Of a DNA stretch of 64,000 bases, positions 11,527 to 26,500 are shown piece after piece. The notes under the pieces were generated by a model. That model saw only the letters and a list, made by a program, of their open reading frames with translations. It did no database searches and was not told the origin of the DNA. Each line of letters starts with the position of its first letter. Positions within the stretch are counted from its first letter, which is position 1. The stretch is from Malacoraja senta (taxonomy: Eukaryota). The stretch spans positions 62,001-126,000 of the forward strand of contig JAXLNO010000079.1 in NCBI GenBank assembly GCA_038087875.1, in the 5' to 3' direction. The translations under genes were made by a program, and so were the position numbers.

Positions 11527-14500
11527 CTACAAAAGTAACAAACAAATTGAATTTAACTGCAGGCAGAAATCTTTTATCCAGAAATCTGACTTGTGATTCT
11601 TCACCCTTTATGAAATGAAATATATTACTTGTGAGAATGGATGTATGACCCAAAGCAACCTGAAGAGAGTGAAATGCATGAGGAGGATTTTTAAAAGTTG
11701 TGCAAGAAAGAAAAAGCAGTTTCCTTGTAATGAGAGATTACCACAAAAATGTGGTACATAATCCTCACATTATAAGAGCAGAAAACAACCAGTTGTTGGA
11801 TAGTTGGGTGGCCTCCCAATCATCCTGTATGTAGTCAGAAGCAGATGCTTGTATGAGGAGATGGTCTGCCTATCACAATGGGAAGGATGAGAAGATTGGC
11901 AGGAGTAGGCATTATATGCTTATCAAGGCTGCCTTGGCCATGGCAGTTAACAATGGTTCCTAGTATAAGTGGTACATTGCATTCAGAAAGTATTCACACC
12001 CCTTTTCCACATTTTGTTATGTTACAGCTTTATTTAAAAATGGATTAAATTCATTTTTTTCATCATCAATCTACACACAATACCCCAGAATGAGGAAGTG
12101 AAACAGGAGTTTAGAAATTTTTGCAAAGTATTTAAAAATATATCTATTGATTATCCTTGAGATGTTTCTACAACTTGATTGGAGTCCACCAGTGGTAAAT
12201 TAAATTGATTGGACATGATTTGGAAAGGCACACACCTGTCTATTTAAGGTCCCACAGTTGCCATTGCATGTCAGAGCAAAAACCAAGCCATGAAGATGAA
12301 GGAATTGTCCGTAGATCTCCGAGACAGGATTGTGTCGAGACACAGATCTGGGGAAGGGTATAAAACAATTACTGCAGCATTGCAGGTCCCAAAGAGCACA
12401 GGGGCCTCCGTCATTCTTAAATGGAAGAACTTTGGAACTACCAGGACTCTTCATAGAGCTGGCCGCCTGGCCAAACTGAGCAATCGGGAGAGAAGGGCCT
12501 TGGTCAGGGAGGTGACCAAGAACCCGATGGTCACTCTGACAGAGCTCCAGACTTCCTCTGTGGAGATGGGAGAACCTTCCAGGACAACTATATCTGCAGC
12601 ACTCCACCAATCAGGCCTTTATAGTAGAGTGGCCAGACGGAAGCCACTCCTCAGTAAAAGGCACATGACAGTCCACTTGGAGTTTGCCAAAAGGCATGAG
12701 AAACAAGATTGTCTTGTCTGATGAAACTAAGATTGAACTCTTTCGCCTGAATGCCAAGCGTCACGTCTGGAGGAAACCAGGCACCGCTCATCACCTGACT
12801 AATACCATACCTACGGTGAAGCATGGTGGTGGCAGCATCAGCGGCAGGAACTGGGAGACTAGTCAGGATCGAGAGAAAGATGAGCGGAGCAAAGTACAGA
12901 GAGATCCTTGATGAAAACCTGCTCCAGAACATTCTGGACCTTAGACTGGGGCGGAGGTTCACCTTCCAACAGGACAATGACCCAAAGCACACAGCCAAGA
13001 CAACGCAGGTGTGGCTTCGTGACAATTCTGTGAATGTCCTTGAGTGGCCCAGCCAGAGCCCAGACTTGAACCCGATCGAACATCTCTGGAGGGACCTGAA
13101 AATAGCTGTGCATCGAACCATCCAACCTGACAGAGCTTGAGAGGATCTGCAGAGAAGAATGGGAGAAATAACCCAAATACAGGTGTGCCAAGCTTGTAAC
13201 GTCATACCCATGAAGACTTGAAGCTGTAATCGCTGCCAAAGGTGCCTCAACAAAGTACTGAGTAAAGGGTCTCAATACTTATGTAAATGTGATATTTTGG
13301 TTATTTCTTTTTAATTACTTTGCAAACATGTCTAACCTGTTTTAGCATTTTTATTGGGTATTTTGTGTAGATTGATGATTTAAAAAAAAAGAATGTAATC
13401 AATTTTAGAATAAGGCTGTAACGTAACAAAATGTGGAAAAAGTGAAGGGGTCTGAATACTTACTGAATGCACTGTATATTACGGCAGTTGTGGGTAATAA
13501 GTTATTTCATATCAAATGCTTTTGTTTAAGAAAAATCTAAGACTTTAATATATTTAGATGGAAAAGTGTGGATACACATTGTGACCCAAAGTCCACTGGA
13601 AATATTACTGCCTTCTCAAATAACCCCATTCAGCCTGGCTCTTATTTTAATTATTCATCTGACATGCATCATACATTCCCTCCTTTTGTCTCATATCTCT
13701 TTAGTTATCCATGGAGATTTAACTTAAACCTACCTTAACCTAAACCTATCAAAGCTCCAGTCACTGATGTTACAGGCACAACTGGAGCCCATTACTTAAC
13801 TGAGCTCCCTCATTAAGTGTGTAGATGGGGCATGGCTGTGTGCAACATAGCTATCTGTACTCAAATCCTAGATTGTGTTTGAATCTATCATGTTACGACT
13901 CAGATTCACCAATGCTGCCAAATGAATCATACAGAAACATAAACGGTAGCCTGAGACTTGATGTCAAGTATCACCACAGGCTTCAGGAGTATGTTGCTCG
14001 CTAGAGAAAATCAGAGATAAATGCTGAGACCAGGAGAACAAAGAAGCAGCGAAAACAGTCAGGCGATCGACATCTGGTGGGAAGAGAGCTGAAGATAATT
14101 TCATGGCTATGCAGTCTGGCCTTGAGAAAATAAGGTATCCAGAACGGACATTTTTTAAAACAACTGTATAATGAGAAGGAAATATGAACAGGCAACATAA
14201 TTAAGAATGCTCTACCCTGATAAGGAACGAAGTTAAGTAAGTAAGTTTATTGGCCAAGTATTCACATACAAGGAATTTGCCTTGGTGCTCCGCCCACAAG
14301 TAACAACATGACATACAGTGACAGTTACGAATGACTCAGAAAACACTAAACATTAATAATAATAAAACATTAATGATAAAACACCACTGATGAAGCATGT
14401 GAACCAACAAAATACCAGATCAAAGGGAGGCTACAGATTTTTGGCTGTTGAGTAGAGCAACTACTCGTGGATAAAAACTGTTTTTATGTCTGGCTGTGGC

Positions 14501-17500
14501 AGCTTTGACAGTCCGGAGTCTGGAGATGTGTCTTCTTTATTCAACCCATGGAGGAGTGACAATTGACTTCAGAGTTCTTGGCATAGAACAAATGGAATTA
14601 GAAGATGGAAGGAAAAGTAGTATAAAAGGGCAGCAGCTTGAGACATCGGCAGCGCCAACCTGGTGCCAACCATTGCAAGAAGCAGGGACTCGAGTTTGAA
14701 GCACAGAGAAGACTACCCCCTACCAACAGTGAATCTGGCTAATTCATTCATATTCTAACCTATACCAACAGCTTTGTGTGATGCTATTGCTGAACATTTT
14801 AGATGGGAAGATTGAGAATACAGAGCAAGTTTCAGCTTCCCTGGTTTTAGTCACTTACTTTGTCTGCTCATGTGAGAGGACCCAGCAGAAGTTGGACGAC
14901 TTGTTTGTTGAGGGCCAGATTGAGAAAACTGAGGGAGAATTGTTGGAGTTTTGACTCTACGTGGACTTATAGTTGTATCTGGAGTCCTTGGAATCTTGGG
15001 CCTACTGTTAAATGCAGCAATGTAATCGTTTTGCCTAGAAGATAGAAAATGAGGATTAATAAAACCTCCATTTAATTTATTTGACATAAGGCTTGTTTTT
15101 TCATCATTGCACAGCTACTCTTCGTCATGTGTTATTGTTAAACTGCTGAACAAATGGAAAATATTCATAACAATTTATTTTTATCAAATGTATTCAATGG
15201 TTTTTGTCATGTGTACAGTGAAATACATTGTTTGCATAAAGATGTGCAAGACTATCCCTGTACATTCCACATTTGACACAAAGGTAAAATGTAGCAGAAA
15301 CTGGAAATTAGAAATGATAATCAAAATATTTTAGACATTGGATGCAATAATAGGAAGAGAGTTTTTCTCCAAAACATCTAGAGGAAAGTAATATGGAGGA
15401 AATAAAGTACAGCCATTAATGTAGTGATGATTTGTGCAGCACTAGTAAGCAACTAAAACATGCCACAACTGAGGCACTTTCATCCTTACCATCAAGAGTG
15501 CTGTTGCAAAGGCAACTGGGGAGACTTTAAACTAGAACGGTTGGGGGGAGGGACTCAAATAGAGAAAGCTAGTAGAAAATGCAGGAGGCAGAGAAGGGAA
15601 GCACTCATACCCAAAATGTAGGGGAGAAAGAAGAAAAAGATAATAAACAGAGAATAAGTGGTGGTGGGTTTCTTAAATGTGTATATTTTAATGCTAGGAG
15701 CATTGTAAGAAAGGTGGATGAGCTTAGAGCCTGGATTGACACCTGGAAGTATGATGTTGTGGCGATCAGTGAAACATCGTTGCAGGAGGGCTGTGATTGG
15801 AAACTAAATATTCCACGATTTCATTGCTTCAGGTGTGATAGAATTGGAGGGGCAAGAGGTGGGGGTGTTGCATTGCTTGTCAGGGAAGATATTACAGCAG
15901 TGGTTTGGCAGGATAGATTAGAGGGCTTGTCTAGGGAGGCTATTTGGATGGAACTGAGAAATGGGAAAGGTGTAGCAACACTTATAGGGGTGTATTATAG
16001 ACCGCCTAATGGGGAGCGAGAATTGGAAGAGCAAATATGTAAGGAGATAGCAGATATTAGTAGTAAGCACAAGGTAGTGATTGTGGGAGATTTCAATTTT
16101 CCACACATAGACTGGGAAACACATTCTGTAAAAGGGCTGGATGGTTTGGAGTTTGTAAAATGTGTGCAAGATAGTTTTTTGCAGCAATACATAGAGGTAC
16201 CTACTAGAGAAGGGTCAGTGCTGGACCTCCTGTTAGGAAATGAGACAGGGCAGGTGGCGGAGGTATGCGTTGGGGAGCACCGGGTCCAGTGATCACAATA
16301 CCATTAGTTTCAATATAATTATGGAGAAGGTCAGAACTGGACCTAGGGTTGAGATTTTTGATTGGAGAAAGGCTAACTTTGAGGAGATGCGAAAGGATTT
16401 AAAAGGAGTGAATTGGGACATGTTGTTTTATGGGAAGGATGTAGAAGAGAAATGGAGGCCATTTAAAGGTGACATTTTAAGAGTACAGAATCTTTATGTC
16501 CCTGTTCGGTTGAAAGGAAATAGTAAAAATTGGAAAGAGCCATGGTTTTCAAGGGAAATTGGACACGGTTCGGAAAAAGAGAGAGATCTACAATAATTAT
16601 AGGCAGCATGGAGTAAATGAGGTGCTTGAGGAGTATAGAGAATGTAAAAAGAATATTAAGAAAGAAATTAGAAAAGCTAAAAGAAGATATGAGGTTGCTT
16701 TGGCAAGTAAGGTGAAAGTAAATCCAAAGGGTTTCTACAGCTATATTAATAGCAAAAGGATAACAAGGAATAAAATTGGTCCATTAGAGAGTCAGAGTGG
16801 ACAGCTATCTGCAGAGCCAAAAGAGATGGGGGAGATATTGAACAATTTCTTTTCTTCGGTATTCACCAAGGAGAAGGATATGGAATTATGTGAGGTAAGG
16901 GAAACAAGTAGAGTAGCTATGGAAACTATGAGATTCAAAGAAGAGGAGGTGCGGACACTTTTGAAAAATATGAAAACGGATAAGTCTCCAGGTCCTGACA
17001 GGATATTCCCTAGGACATTGAGGGAAGTTAGTGTAGAAATAGCAGGGGCTATGACAGAAATATTTCAAATGTCATTAGAAATGGGAATAGTGCTGGAGGA
17101 TTGGCGTACTGCGCATGTTCCGTTGTTTAAAAAGGGTTCTAAGAGTAAACCTAGCAATTATAGACCTGTTAGTTTGACGTCAGTGGTGGGAAAATTAATG
17201 GAAAGAATACTTAGAGATAATATATATAAGCATCTGGATAAGCAGGGTCTGATTAGGAACAGTCAACATGGATTTGTGCCTGGAAAGTCATGTTTGACTA
17301 ATCTTCTTGAATTTTTCGAAGAGGTTTCCAGGGAAATTGATGAGGGTAAAGCAGTGGATGTTGTCTATATGGACTTCAGTAAGGCCTTTGACAAGGTTCC
17401 TCATGGAAGGTTGGTTAAGAAGATTCAATTGTTGGGTATTAATGGTGGAGTAGCAAGATGGATTCAACAGTGGCTGAATGGGAGACGCCAGAGAGTAATG

Positions 17501-20500
17501 GTGGATGGCTGTTTGCCAGGTTGGAGGCCGGTGACTAGTGGGGTGCCTCAGGGGTCTGTGTTGGGTCCACTGTTGTTTGTCATGTACATCAATGATCTGG
17601 ATGATGGTGTGGAAAATTGGATTAGTAAGTATGCAGATGACACTAAGATAGGTGGTGTTGTGGATAATGAAGTAGATTTTCAAAGTCTACAGAGAGATTT
17701 AGGCCATTTGGAAGAGTGGGCTGAAAGATAGCAGATGGAGTTTGATGCTGATAAATGTGAGGTGCTACATCTCGGCAGGACAAATCAAAATAGGACGTAC
17801 ATGGTAAATGGTAGCGAATTGAGGAATGCAGTTGAACAGAGGGATCTAGGAATAACTGCATAGTTCCCTGAAGGTGGAATCTCATGTAGATAGGGTGGTA
17901 AAGAAAGCGTTTGGTGTGCTGGCCTTTATAAATCAGAGCATTGAATATAGAAGTTGGGATGTAATGTTAAAATTGTACAAGCATTGTGAGGGCCAATTCT
18001 GGAGTATGGAGTACAATTTTGGTCGCCTAATTATAGGAAGGATGTCAACAAAATAGAGAGAGTACAGAGGAGATTTACTAGAATTTTGCCTGGATTTCAG
18101 CAACTAAGTTACAGAGAAAGGTTGAACAAGTTAGGTCTTTATTCTTCGGAGCGCAGAAGGTTAAGGGGGGACTTGATAGAGGTCTTTAAAATGATGAGCA
18201 GGTTAGACAGAGTTGACGTGGATAAGCTTTTCCCATTGAGAGTAGGGAAGATTCAAACAAGGGGACATGACTTGAGAATTAAGGGACAGAAGTTTAGGGG
18301 TAACATTAGGGGGAACTTCTTTACTCAGAGAGTGGTAGCTGTGTGGAATGAGCTTCCAGTGGAAGTGGTGGAGGCAGGTTTGATTTTATCCTTTAAAAAT
18401 AGATTGGATGGGTATATGGACGGGAAAGGAATGGAGGGTTATGGTCTGAGTGCAGGTAGATGGGACTAGGGGGAACTAAGAAGAAAGAGGGGGGGGGGGG
18501 GAGAAAAAAAAAGTGTTCGGCACGGACTTGAAGGGCCGAGATGGCCTGTTTCCGTGCTGTAATGGTTATATGGTTAGTGGATGCAATTTGGGCAGGAAGG
18601 AACAGATATCTGGTTTTCTTGACATCATATTCTGCAAGGGCTTGATGGGGTCAATGCCAACAGGTGCTTCCTCTAGTTGTAATGGACAGAATGAGAACAG
18701 CAAGGGTGACGAAATGGCCATTGAGAATTTAGATGAGGAAAGATTTCTTTAATCAGAGATTTTAAATTTTCTGCCTCAGAGTATCTCGGTACATTTAAGG
18801 ATAATGATAGATATTTGGAACTGTAGGAATCTGAGAATATAATTGAGTTAAAAGTAGATGCAGATGATGCTCCATCAAGTCATGAATGGCAGAGAAACTA
18901 TGTGAAGCTAGATGGTTCTCTTTCTTATATTTCTCATGTTTTTAACATAAATGGAAATAAAATCAGGGGTGCTGATGTATGGGACATGAAATACCTTCCT
19001 GGTCCCTTCAGAATTTCTTTGTGATTCACCTGGGCAATGTTTAACATGAAACAAAGGCAAATAATCTATTCTACTGCTACAGCACTGGTTGCAGACTATC
19101 AGGGAAACATTTGAAGGCTGGATTCAAAATAATAAGCTGCAAAATGTTATGCAGTGTACTTGATTTAAAATATAATTATGTGTGCAACAATTAACTCTCT
19201 GAAGGATGCATATATTAAATAATTAGTTGAAATACAAGTACTTATATTTTTAATCAATCTTCATAATTATTTTCTGACTATATATTTTCCCATTTTACTA
19301 TTCACAATGTCTTCTTACCTGATAGATTCTCTATTCAATTTTCCAGGTGACCCCATATCGACTGAACACGAAGCTGCTACAAGCTCCTGATCACTATTAC
19401 TAATTGATGTATTGTGATCAAAGCCTATAGAAGAAAATAATATTTCCATAAAACATTGACTTATTAGATATTTTAGTTCCAGCTAAATTCTCTGATCTTT
19501 GAAGATCTAACCTGGCCTCAGCAATTTATACAATGATATGTAAAACGCATCAACAGTAGAACTCCTGAAATGGGGTCCTGACCTAAAACATTCCCCGTCC
19601 TTTTTCTCTAGGGATGCTGCCTGACCCAGTGAGTTACTCCACCACTTTGTCTCTATCAGGGGGAACTATAGGCCAGTTAGTCTGACTTCAGTGGTTGACA
19701 AGACTTTACAGTCTAATATTAAAGATCAGATTTCCGAGCACATAATAAAATAGGCCAAAGACAGCATGGTTTTGTGAAGGGGAGATCTTGTCTGACACTG
19801 TGGGTGACACAGTGGTGCAGCAGATTTGCTGCATTACAGTGACAGAGACCCAGGTTCAATCCTGACTACGGGTGCTGTGTCGATGGAGTTTGCACACTCT
19901 CTCTGTGACTGTGTAGCTCTGGCTTCCTCCCACATTCCAAAGATATGCAGATTTGCACGTCAGCTCCACTGCAAAATCTTCTCAAGGTATGCCGACTTTG
20001 AAACTTCTGCTCTCTCTGACAATAGTTCTGCCTCGCCCTCTGTCGCTGCTCCCCTTCTGTGATTCCTCCTGTTCTCCAGCTCTGTCATTTTCACACCTTG
20101 CCCTTCCATATCTCTAGTCTCCCTCTCCCGACTCTCAGTCTAATGAAGAGTCTTGACCTTAAACGTCACCCATTCCTTCTCTCCAGAGATGCAGCCTTTC
20201 CTGCTGATTTAATCCAGCATTTTGAGTCTATCTTCAGGTTTGTAGGCTAATTGGCTTCTGTAAATTGTCCCTAGAGCGTAGGATAGAACTAACGTATAGG
20301 GTGATTGTTGGTCTGTGCAGATTTGGAGGCCAAAGGGCCTGTTTCCATGCTGTATTGCTAAAATAAACAAAACTAAATCTGTTGGAATTCTTTGAGGAAG
20401 TAAATAGCAGGATAGGAAAGTAAATGGATGTTGTTTCAGAAGGCCTTTGATAAGGCGCCAGACGTGAGGCTGCTAAACAAGCTGAGTGTCCATGGTATGA

Positions 20501-23500
20501 GAGGGAAGATACTAGTATGGATATAAGTTTGACTGAATGGCAGAATGCAAAGAGTGGGAATAAAGGGGGGCTTTTCTGGTTGGCTGCCATTGACTAGTGG
20601 TGTTTTGCAGGGATCGATGTTGGGTCTGTTACTGTTTATGTTGCATATTAATGATTTGGATGATGGAATTGATGGATTTGTGGCCAAGTCTATGGATGAC
20701 ATGAAGATAGGTGAAGGGGCAGGTATTGCAGAAGAAGCAGGGACTCTGCAGAAGGATTTGGACAGGTTGGGAGAGTGGGCTGAGAAGTGGCAGATGGAAT
20801 ACAGCATAGCAAAGTGTGCAGCCATGTACCATGGTAGAAGGAATAAAGGCAGAGATTTTTTTTCTCCATGGGGAGAGGATTCAAAACTTGGAAATGCAAA
20901 GGGACTTGGGAGTACTGGTGCAGATTCCCAAAAGGCTAACTTGCAGGATGAATCGGTGGTAAGGAAAGCAAATGCAATGTTGGCATTCATTGCGAGAGGA
21001 CTAGAATATAAAAGCAGGGATTTAATGCTGATGGTTTATAAGGTGCTTGTCAGACCCCTGTTCAAACAGTGTGGAAACAGTCCCTTTGGCTCAACTTGCT
21101 CACTCCGACCAACATACCCCATATACAGTAGTCTTATTTGCTTGTGTTTGGCCCATATCCTTCTACACCTATCCTATCCATGTACCTGTCTAAATGTTTC
21201 TGAAATGTGATAGTACCTGCCTCAACTACCATCTCGGGCAGCTCATTCTATATACCTACCACACTTTGTGTAAAAAAGGTGCCCCTCAGGTTCATATTAA
21301 ACCTCCCCCCACTTTATACTTATGTCCTCTAGTTCTTGATTCCCCTACTCTGGGTAAAAGTGTCTGTGCATTTACCCAATCTATGGTCGGATGGAATTCC
21401 ACAGCGGTAATGTTTACTTCCTATTGTCTCGCAGGTGTGGTGCAACTATAACTGGAAGCACAACTACAATACAGGTACAAATACCCCTTGGTATGCATTG
21501 GGCTCATCCTCTGAGTCATAAAAATATGCAACAGTATAATCTGAAATGAAGAGGCAACTAAATCTGGCGCGACTGCAATGCCTCTGGTGGCCTGTTCATG
21601 GCTTGTGTTTTGATCATCCTTCAGTCACTCATCTTCCTCCTCCTATTGTAGTTCTATGGGCAAAGAATGTACCCACAAAACAGCGTAGACTATTTTCTGG
21701 GGAGAGAATTCAGAAATCGGAGGTGCAAAAGGACCTGCGGGATTCCCAAAAAAGTTAATTTGCAAGTTGAATCGGTAGTAAGGAAGACAAATGCAATGCT
21801 AGCATTTATTTTGAGAGGGGTGGAATACAAAAACAGGGATGTAATGCTGAGGCTCTATAAGGCGCTGGTCAGACCGCATTTGAAGTATTGTGAGCAATTT
21901 TGAGCCCCATATGAGGTAGGATGTGCTGGTGCTGGAGAGGGTCCAGAGGAGGTTTATGAGAATAATCCCAGGAATGAGTGGGTTAACATATGATGAGCAT
22001 TTAACGGCACTGGGCCTGTACACGCTGGAATTTAGATGGATAAGGGGGAACCTCATTGAAACTTACCAAATAATGAAAGGCCTGGATAGAGTTGACGTGA
22101 AGAGAATGATTCCACTAGTGGGAGAGTCTAGGACCAGAGGCTATAGCCTCAGAATTAAAGGATGTGCCTTTAAAAAGTAGACAAGGAAGAATTTATTTAG
22201 CCAGAGGGTGGTGAATCTGTGAATTTATTGCCACAGACGGCTGTGGAGGCCAATGGATATTTTTAATGCGGAGATTGACAGATTCTTGATTAGTACGAGT
22301 GTTGGGGTTACGGGGAGAAGGCAGGAAAATAGGGTAGAGAGGGAACGATAGATTAGCCATGTTTGTATGACGGAGTAGACTTGATGGGCCTAATGGCCTA
22401 ATTCTGCTCCCATAACATATGAACCGATTGTCAGTTATCTAAACCTTTGTTAATTACAAAACATGTTTAAAAACGTGTTTTAAAATTTTAAGGACGTAAG
22501 TGTTTGTCCCCATAATTTCCCTTTGCAACTATTGCAAGGTTTAGCTTAGTTTATGCGGTGAACGAGGAGTCCTTTTCCCAGTGTACGGGATTCATGAACT
22601 AGAGGGCACAGATTTAAGGTGAGAGGGGAAAGATTTAATAGGAACCTGAGAGGCAACTTTTTTCATACAGAGGGTGGTAGGTATATGGATTGAGCTACCA
22701 GAGGAAGTAGTTGAGGCACATAACATTTAAAATACATTTGGACAGATAAATGAATAGGATAGGTTTAGAGGGATATGGATCAAACTCAGGGAAATGGGCC
22801 TAGCTTAGATAGGGCAAGGACGAATTGGGCTGAAGGGCCTGTTTCCTTGCTTTATGACACTTTGATAACTAACAAGTTCACATGTTGTAGTAGAATTAGG
22901 CCATTCCGCCTATCGAACCCACTCCGCCATTCAATCATGGCTAATCTCTGCCTCCCGATCCCATTTTCCTGCCTTCTCCCCATAACCCTTGACACCCGTT
23001 CTAATCAATAACTTGTCTATCTGCCTTAAAATTACCCACTGACGGCCTCCACAGCCCTCTGTGGCAATGAGTTCCACAGATTAACTATCTTCTGACTAAA
23101 GAAGTTCCTCCTCACTTCCTTTCTAAAAGAGCGCTCTTTAATTCTGAGGCTATGACCTCTGGTCCTAAACGCTCCCACCAGTGGAAACATCCTTTCCACA
23201 TCCACTCTATCTATGCCTTTCATTATTCTGTAAGTTTCAATGAGGTTCCCCCTCAACCTTCTAAACTCCAGCGAGTATAGGCCCAGTGCCATCAAAAGCT
23301 CATCATAGGTTAACCCACCCATTCCTGGGATCATTCTTGTAAACCTCATCTGGACCCTCTCCGGAGTCAGCACATCCTTCCTCAGATATGGGGCCCAAAT
23401 TTGCTCACGGTACTCCAAATGTGGCCTGACCAATGCCTTATAGAGCCTCAGCATTACATCTCTGTTTTGTATTCCAGTCTTCTTGATATAAATGCTAGCA

Positions 23501-26500
23501 TTGAATTTGCCTTCCTTACTACCGATTCAACTTGTAAATTAACTTTTTGGGAGTCCTGCACCTGCACTCCCAAGTCCCCTAGCACCATTGATTTCTGGAT
23601 TCTCTCTCCATTTAGAAAATAATCTACACCTTTATTCTTATTACCAAAATGCATGACTCCGCACTTTGCTATACTGAATTTCATCTGCTACTTCTCTGCC
23701 CACTCTCCTAACCTGTCCAAGTCCTTCTGCAGAGTTCTTGCTTCCTCTACTGCCTGCCTCTCCACCTATCTTGTCATCATTTGCAAACTTGGCCACAATC
23801 CCCTTATCCAAATCATTAATATACAACGTGAAGAGAAGTGGCCCTCGCACCGACCCTTGTGGAACTCCATTAGTCACTGGCAGCCAACCTAAAAAAGTGC
23901 CTTTTATTGCAACTCTTTGCCTTCTGCCATCCAGCCAACCCGCTATCCATGTTAGTATCTTCCCATCAATATCATGGGCTCTCATCTTTAGCAGCCTGAT
24001 GAGTGACACAATATCAAAGGCCTTCTGAAAATCAAGGTAAACAACATCTACAGCCTCCCCTCTGTCTGTCCTATTAACTTCCTCAAAGAACTCCAGCAGA
24101 TTCGTCAAGCAAGATCTTGCGTTCGCAAAACCATGCTGATGTCGGCCTATTTTATCGTGAACTTCCAAGTACTGCGTAACCTCATCCTTTATAATTGACT
24201 CCAACTAAACGAGAGTAAGTCTGAGGTCATCCTTCTCGGCCCCTCGGACTCCATCAAATGATAGCAGGCAGCCTTGGAAGCCTTACCCCAATACTCAAAC
24301 CTCACGTCAAAAACCTTGGCGTGAAATTTGACTCTGCACTGAAATTTGACAAACAAGTCAATGCCGTGGTAAAAGCTAGCTTCTTTCAGCTTCGGACGAT
24401 AGCTAAAATAAAACAATTCCTCCACTTTGATGACCTCGAAAAGATCATCCACACATTTATCTCCTCCCGCCTAGATTACTGCAATTCCTTTTACACTGGC
24501 ATCAGCCAATCTTCCCTGTCCCGCCTGCAACTGGTCCAAAACGCCGCAGCGAGACTCCTGACGGGCACCCGAAAAAGGGACCACATCACCCCGATCCTGG
24601 CCTCTCTCCACTGTCTCCCTGTGTGGTTCCGTATACATTTCAAGATCCTCCTCTATGTCTACAAAGCCATCAATGGGCTTGCCCCCACCTACATTAAAAG
24701 TCTTCTCACCCACCACTCCACCTCCAGGCCCCTCAGATCGGCCGACTTGGGGTTGCTGAAGATCCCGCGGTCTAGGCATAAGCTCAGGGGCGACCGCGCC
24801 TTTGCGGCTGCAGCTCCTAGACTGTGGAACAGCATCCCCCTTCCCATCAGAACTGCCCCCTCCATCGACTCCTTTAAGTCAAGACTAAAAACTTATTTAT
24901 ACTCCCAAGCCTTTCTTGACATCCTCTGAGCGAGGGCTATATGTATATATGTATGTAGTTTGTTTGTTTATATTATTCTTATAACAAATGTAAAGCACTT
25001 TGGCCAACGAGAGTTTTTTAAATGTGCTATATAAATAAATGTGACTTGACTCTAAAATCTTACCAACCACCGAAGTCAGGCTAACCGGCCTATAGTTACC
25101 GCTAGGTAGACAAAAATGCTGGAGAAACTCAGCGGGCGAGGCAGCATCTATGGAGCGAAGGAAATAGGCAATGTTTCGGATCGAAACCCTTCCTCAGACT
25201 AGTTTTCGCTATTCTGCTTGGCTCCCTTCTTGTACAGTGGGGTGATATTCGCAATTTTCCAATCTTCAAGAACCACTCCTAACTCTAGTGATTCTCGAAA
25301 TATCACAACTAATGCCTCCACAATCTCTGAGGCCACCTCCTTCAGAACCCTGGGGTGCAGTCCCTGTGACTTATTCACCCTCAGACCTTTCAGTTTTCCT
25401 AGCATTTTCTCCTTGTTAATCGCCACTCCACTAACTTCCACCCACTAATGCACACTGCTGGTGTCTTCCACTGTGAAGGCTGATGCAAAAAAGTTATTCA
25501 ATTCCTCTGCCATTTCTTGATTTCCCATTATAATTTTTCCTGCATCATTCTCCAGCGGCCCAAAGTCCATTCTTGCCTCTTTTTTACTCTTTATATATCC
25601 ATAGAAACTCGTGCTATCCTCTTTCATATTATTGGCTCTTAGCTTCGTACGTATGCCCGCCATCTTTTCTCTCTGTATTGTACTTTTAGTTTCTCTCTGT
25701 TGTTCTTTAAAAACATCCCAATCCTCTGGCTTCCTACTAATCTTTGCAATGTTATATGTCTTCTCTTTTGCTTTTATGTTGTCCTTGATCGCCCTTGTCA
25801 GCCATGATCATCTTATTTTCCCACTGGAATCTTTCTTCCTCTTTGGAATGAAATGATCCTGCACCTTCCGAATTATCCGCAGAAATTCCTGCCATTGCTG
25901 CTCTACCGTCATTCCTACTAAAGCCCCTTTTCCAGTCAATCTCTGCTAGCTCCTCCTCATCAAAGTCAAAAGTCAAAGTCAAAGTATCCTTTATTGTCAT
26001 TCAGACCTTTCGGTCTGAACAAAATTTCGTGCCTTGCAGTCATACATATAATAATAAAAATGACAAAAACACACAATAAACACAAATTTAACATCCACCA
26101 CAGTGAGTTCACCAGGCACCTCCTCACTGTGATGGAAGGCAAAAGTCTTAAAGTCGTTGTCTCTTCCCTCCTTGTTCTCCCTCTGCGCTGAGGCGATCCA
26201 GGCCTCCGATGTTGTGACCCCGCCGGGTGATGGTAAGGGAGTCCCGCGGCTGAATCCGAGCTCCGCGAACGGGCCGGTTCAAACTCCGCGGCCCGGGGTG
26301 GTCGAAGCTGCCGAAGCTGCCGCCCTCCAGTCCAGCGGACGAAGCTGCTGTTGCAGGAGCTCTGGAAAAGCAGGTCACCAACCTGTGACCTGCGAGCTCC
26401 CGACGATGTCATCCACTGGGCCCGCAGCCGAGCCTCCGAAGTCGGGCCGCTGACGCCGGAACACCGCCACAGCTCCGAAGTCAGGCCGCCGCCGCCGGAA

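Larger units (their letters stand above)
22880..25960 (-). mobile_element. CR1 LINE, degraded, interrupted by L2 and a Penelope-derived insert
   Basis: ORFs 23032-23454, 23641-24204, 25199-25441 and 25445-25663 are collinear CR1 ORF2 pieces. Confidence 0.9.

Noticed and set aside
21400..21670. Unique-looking segment with acceptor-like sites on both strands
   Set aside because: No open exon with a matching donor and phase; probably an unrecognised repeat remnant.
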